From Felis catus (lineage: Eukaryota): 64,000 nucleotides of DNA. Shown here one piece after another: positions 60,581 to 64,000 of this stretch. Under the pieces are notes generated by a model. That model had not been told where the DNA came from and did no database searches. It saw only the letters and a program-made list of their open reading frames with translations. Made by a program: the position numbers and the translations under genes. Each line of letters opens with the position of its first letter. Position 1 is the stretch's first letter. The DNA lies in NCBI RefSeq assembly GCF_018350175.1, contig NC_058368.1:103852001-103916000 (forward strand), given 5' to 3'.

Positions 60581-61299
60581 CGCCAGTCAGAGTGGCCAAA
60601 ATGAACAAATCAGGAGACTATAGATGCTGGAGAGGATGTGGAGAAACGGGAACCCTCTTGCACTGTTGGTGGGAATGCAAATTGGTGCAGCCGCTCTGGA
60701 AAGCAGTGTGGAAGTTCCTCAAAAAATTAAAAATAGACCTACCCTATGACCCAGCAGTAGCACTGCTAGGAATTTACCCAAGGGATACAGGAGTGCTGAT
60801 GCATAGGGGCACTTGTACCCCAATGTTTATAGCAGCACTCTCAACAATAGCCAAATTATGGAAAGAGCCTAAATGTCCATCAACTGATGAATGGATAAAG
60901 AAATTGTGGTTTATATACACAATGGAGTACTACATGGCAATGAGAAAGAACAAAATATGGCCCTTTGTAGCAACATGGATGGAACTGGAGAGTGTGATGC
61001 TAAGTGAAATAAGTCATACAGAGAAAGACAGATACCATATGTTTTCACTCTTCTGTGGATCCTGAGAAACTTAACAGAAACCCATGGGGGAAGGGAAGGA
61101 AAAAAAAAAAAAGAGGTTAGAGTAGAAGAGAGCCAAAGCATAAGAGCCTCTTAAAAACTGAGAACTGAGGGTTGATGGGGGGTGGGAGGGAGGTGAGGGT
61201 GGGAGATGGGTATTGAGGAGGGCACCTTTTGGGATGAGCACTGGGTGTTGTATGGAAACCAATTTGACAATAAATTTCATATATTGAAAAAATAAATTA
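60581..61299 (+). mobile_element. Young 5'-truncated L1 (ORF2 C-terminus plus 3'UTR)
   Basis: Uninterrupted ORF 60592-61065 ([38 protein letters not shown]); 15 bp TSD AAAAAATCCCATGCA at 60566-60580 and 61300-61314, after TT. Confidence 0.95.
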
Positions 61300-61348
61300 A
61301 AAAAATCCCATGCAGATAATAATCTCATCTAAAAATTTTTCTGAATAC

Positions 61349-61810
61349 AGGTGCCTGGATGGCTCAGTCAGTTGAACGAGTGACCCTTGATTTCCACCCA
61401 GGGTAGTGATCTCATGTTGTGGGGTGAAGCCCCATATCCGCTTCCAAGTTGGCAGTGTAGAGCCTACTTGGGATTCTTTCCCTCCCTCTCTGCCCTCCTC
61501 CTCTCACGTGTGCACATGTACTCCCTCTCTCTCTCCCTCTCTCTCTCAATTAATTAATTAATTAATTAATTAACATTTGGGGCACCTGGGTGGCTCAGTT
61601 GGTTAAGCGCCCGACTTCGGCTCAGGTCATGATCTCACGGTTTGAGTTCGAGCCCCGCCTCGGGCTCTGTGCTGACAGCTCAGAGCCTGGAGCCTGCTTT
61701 GGATTCTGCCTCCTTCTCTCTCTCTCTGCCCCTCCCCACTTGTGCTTTCTCTGCCTCTCAAAAATAAACACATGTAAAAATAAATAAATAAATAAATACA
61801 CATTAAACAT
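61349..61810 (+). mobile_element. Two tandem Can-SINEs (~61349-61575; ~61579-61810)
   Basis: Heads, bodies and tails read directly. Confidence 0.88.
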
Positions 61811-61934
61811 TTCTTTCCAAAAAGTACATTTGTTTGAAATCTGCTTGAAGACACTGTGTGTAGCCTTACATGTGTTTGACTATATTTAAGTGTGTGCTGA
61901 ACAGAAATGGCTGGGAAGATGAGCAAGACAGATA

Positions 61935-63570
61935 ACATTTATTTTATTAAGCCTGCAAATATCTACTGAGCCACTATATGTACGAGGCACTGTGAAACAC
62001 ACCAGCAGGGAGACGTAGGGTTGAACACAACAAAGAGAGGGAAGCTCTCATGGACTTACCTTCTAGTTGAGAGAAACAGGTGGGAGGGTAGCAAATAAAC
62101 TAATAAACTAACAAGAGGGACAACTCCTTTGAAAAACAAAGCAGAATGATGTGATAGTTTCTGCACAACGTGGGATCATTTCTGGAAAGGGGGTCAGGGA
62201 AGGCACCCCTGAGGAGACAACATTTGAACCAACAACAAATGAGGATGAGAAGAGCCATCCAGGCAGAGGGCAGAGCAAGCGAAGCAATCTGGGGTTGAAC
62301 AAGCCTGGTACGTTGCAGATCGGGAAAGAAACCAACGTAGGGAAGGAAGCATCGGCCAAATGAGGTTGGAGACATGAGCAAGGCCAGAGACTGCAACTTA
62401 GATTTTTTTTTTTTTTTTAGCGAAATGGAAAATCATCAGAAGGTCTTAAGGAGCAAAGTAACATGGTCTAAATTTTTTCTTTCTTTATTTTATGTAACAG
62501 AACACTTAATTACATCAGCTTTCCATCAACACACTAGTCATTTAATGAGGATTATATTGGCCATTACCAGTGGTTGGCAGGAGCTCTTCCACTGAAGGCT
62601 CCCATGGTTTCCAATGTATCATTTTTCCTGCCAGACTTTTTTTCAGCCTGAAGAATCACCTCTTCTAGTTGGCCACCCTGAAGTGGGTCTTCTAATTTCT
62701 CAACATCTGGTTCCGCTTTAACCATACCCCACTTCTCATTTGTAATCCATTCTATATACTTGCTGTAAGCTGCATTTTTAGGAATTTGCTCAAGAACATC
62801 AAGAATCTTTGTGTATGATACTCTTAGACTCTCGGGTGGACCCTCACATACAGCCAATCCCACAAGGCTGGTGGTCTTCCTCAGCAAACCGGCCAAGACA
62901 GTGCCTATATTTATGTCTTAGATCATCTTGGCTCCTGATGGCAGACGGAACACAAGTAGAAACAAATGGAACAGTGCGGTAATTGTCCTCATAAGAGATG
63001 ATGTAGCTTGACCAGAAATACACATGGAAATGGAGAGGAGCAGTCACATTCTAGATGTGTCTTGCAAGAACAGACCGGTTGATACAGTGCACATGGTGAA
63101 TGAAGGTATCAGAGAAATCAACATCTAAATTGCTGTTTGACAGACATGGAGGCCAATTACTAAGGGTTAACTGGGCAAGAAAATTTTAGAGGAAAGCTCT
63201 GAATTTAAAATGCTGGTTTGGTCACACTAAATTTGAGATGTTTATTTAATACAGGAACAGTCAAGAGAAAATTATGAGATTTCATAGTCATCAGTCATCA
63301 CCACATCATAAGAATAGTATTAAAGCTCTAGGGCTGGATAAAATCACCTAGAGAATGTGTAGAGATAGAGTATCGGGGATTGCACCCACTGACTCTACAT
63401 TGTTGATGTACTGTTACTCTCTCAGTAAGACTACAGTAGTTATGAAAAAAAATGATGTAGTTAAGATCAGTATCATTAAGGTGAGAATAATAATACTCCA
63501 CATAGTATTGCAAGAAATAAATAAGGAATACATAGAATATCTAACACAGTGCCTGACACAAAGTAGACAA
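61935..63570 (-). mobile_element. L2 remnant(s) hosting the NDUFA5 retrocopy
   Basis: CAAATATCTACTGAGCCACTATATG..CTCTCATGGACTTACCTTCTAG..GGTCAGGGAAGGCACCCCTGAGGAGACAACATTTGAAC..AAATTTGAGATG..GGATAAAATCACCTAG. Confidence 0.75.
62476..62904 (-). pseudogene. NDUFA5: Processed pseudogene of NADH:ubiquinone oxidoreductase subunit A5
   Basis: Intronless; CDS remnant 62552-62896 gives [66 protein letters not shown] mutated to TTG, frameshifts after QAE and in EEPP, TAA before the terminal WPI; short 3'UTR and A-rich tail; probable TSD CTAAATTT/CTATATTT (62468-62475, 62905-62912). Confidence 0.95.
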
Positions 63571-63584
63571 CCAAGAAAATATGA

Positions 63585-64000
63585 TTTTTTTTAAAGATTT
63601 TATTTTTAAGGGGTGCCTGGCTGACTCAGTCAGTGAAACATGTGACCCTTGATCTCAGGGTTGTGAATTCGAGCCCCATGTTGGGTGTAGAGATTACTTA
63701 AAAAGAAAATCTTAATGGGGCACCTGGGTAGCTCAGTTGGTTAAGTGTCTGACTCTTGATCTCGGCTCAGGTCATGACCTCACAGTTTGAGAGTTCTGAG
63801 TCCCACTGCACTCACCTTGTGGAGCCTGCTTAGGATTCTCCCTTTCTCCCTCTCTCTCTGCCCCTCCCCTGTTCTCATGTGTGCACTCTCTCTCTCTCGC
63901 TCTCTATCAAAATCAATAAACTTTAAAAAAGCAAATATTAAAATAATAATAATAATAATAAAGATTTTCTTTTGAAGTGACCTCTACACCCAACATGGGA
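63585..64000. mobile_element. Two + strand Can-SINEs (~63610-63715 short; ~63717-63960) inserted in the tail of a short - strand Can-SINE
   Basis: AAAGATTTTATTTTTAAG / AAAGATTTTCTTTTGAAG flank the pair; the host continues TGACCTCTACACCCAACATGG to the window end. Confidence 0.8.

Noticed and set aside
60592..61065. 157 aa ORF as a host gene
   Set aside because: It is the L1 ORF2 C-terminus inside a 5'-truncated element bounded by TSDs.
709..63960. tRNA-like A/B box sequences (TGGCTCAG..GTTCGAGCC) as tRNA genes
   Set aside because: They are tRNA-derived SINE heads followed by SINE bodies and tails, not complete tRNAs.
1160..63975. Recurring ORFs of the MAQSVKRPTSAQVMISR.. / ..SLSLSLSQK / ..RERER.. 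type as a repeated gene family
   Set aside because: All coincide with Can-SINE copies and (CT)n tracts; they are read-through translations of the repeat.
1..64000. CRISPR-like array or prokaryotic-type defence system
   Set aside because: The sequence is mammalian; repeats are ~200 bp dispersed SINEs at irregular spacing in both orientations, with no operon-like ORFs.

Overview
Repeat-rich mammalian genomic DNA, almost certainly felid. It holds about 54 carnivore tRNA-derived Can-SINEs (hand count; many of the feliform SINEC_Fc type), a young carnivore-type L1 3' end, and older eutherian fossils (L1M, L2, MIR, MLT1/MLT2/LTR16 LTRs, hAT and Tigger DNA transposons). No intact protein-coding gene is recognisable. 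The only protein similarities I trust are a disabled NDUFA5 processed pseudogene (62476-62904, minus), two L1 ORF2 fragments and a decayed hAT-Blackjack transposase (about 2690-5240, minus). Most ORFs in the track are read-throughs of SINEs or microsatellites. I found no evidence of a new multi-gene system. The most interesting signals are: (1) an unidentified ~660 bp polyadenylated retrocopy splitting an old L1 (30550-31211); (2) a perfect 30 bp/30 bp palindrome joining two different SINE subfamilies tail-to-tail with shared non-consensus bases (31782-31846); (3) a tail-less SINE head between duplicated target sites; (4) repeated SINE insertion into one target; (5) a CpG-retaining patch at 54.5-55.2 kb; (6) co-oriented CTCF motifs; (7) a weak phase-compatible set of minus-strand exon candidates. 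Repeat subfamily names come from recalled consensus resemblance, and boundaries are approximate unless TSDs are given.
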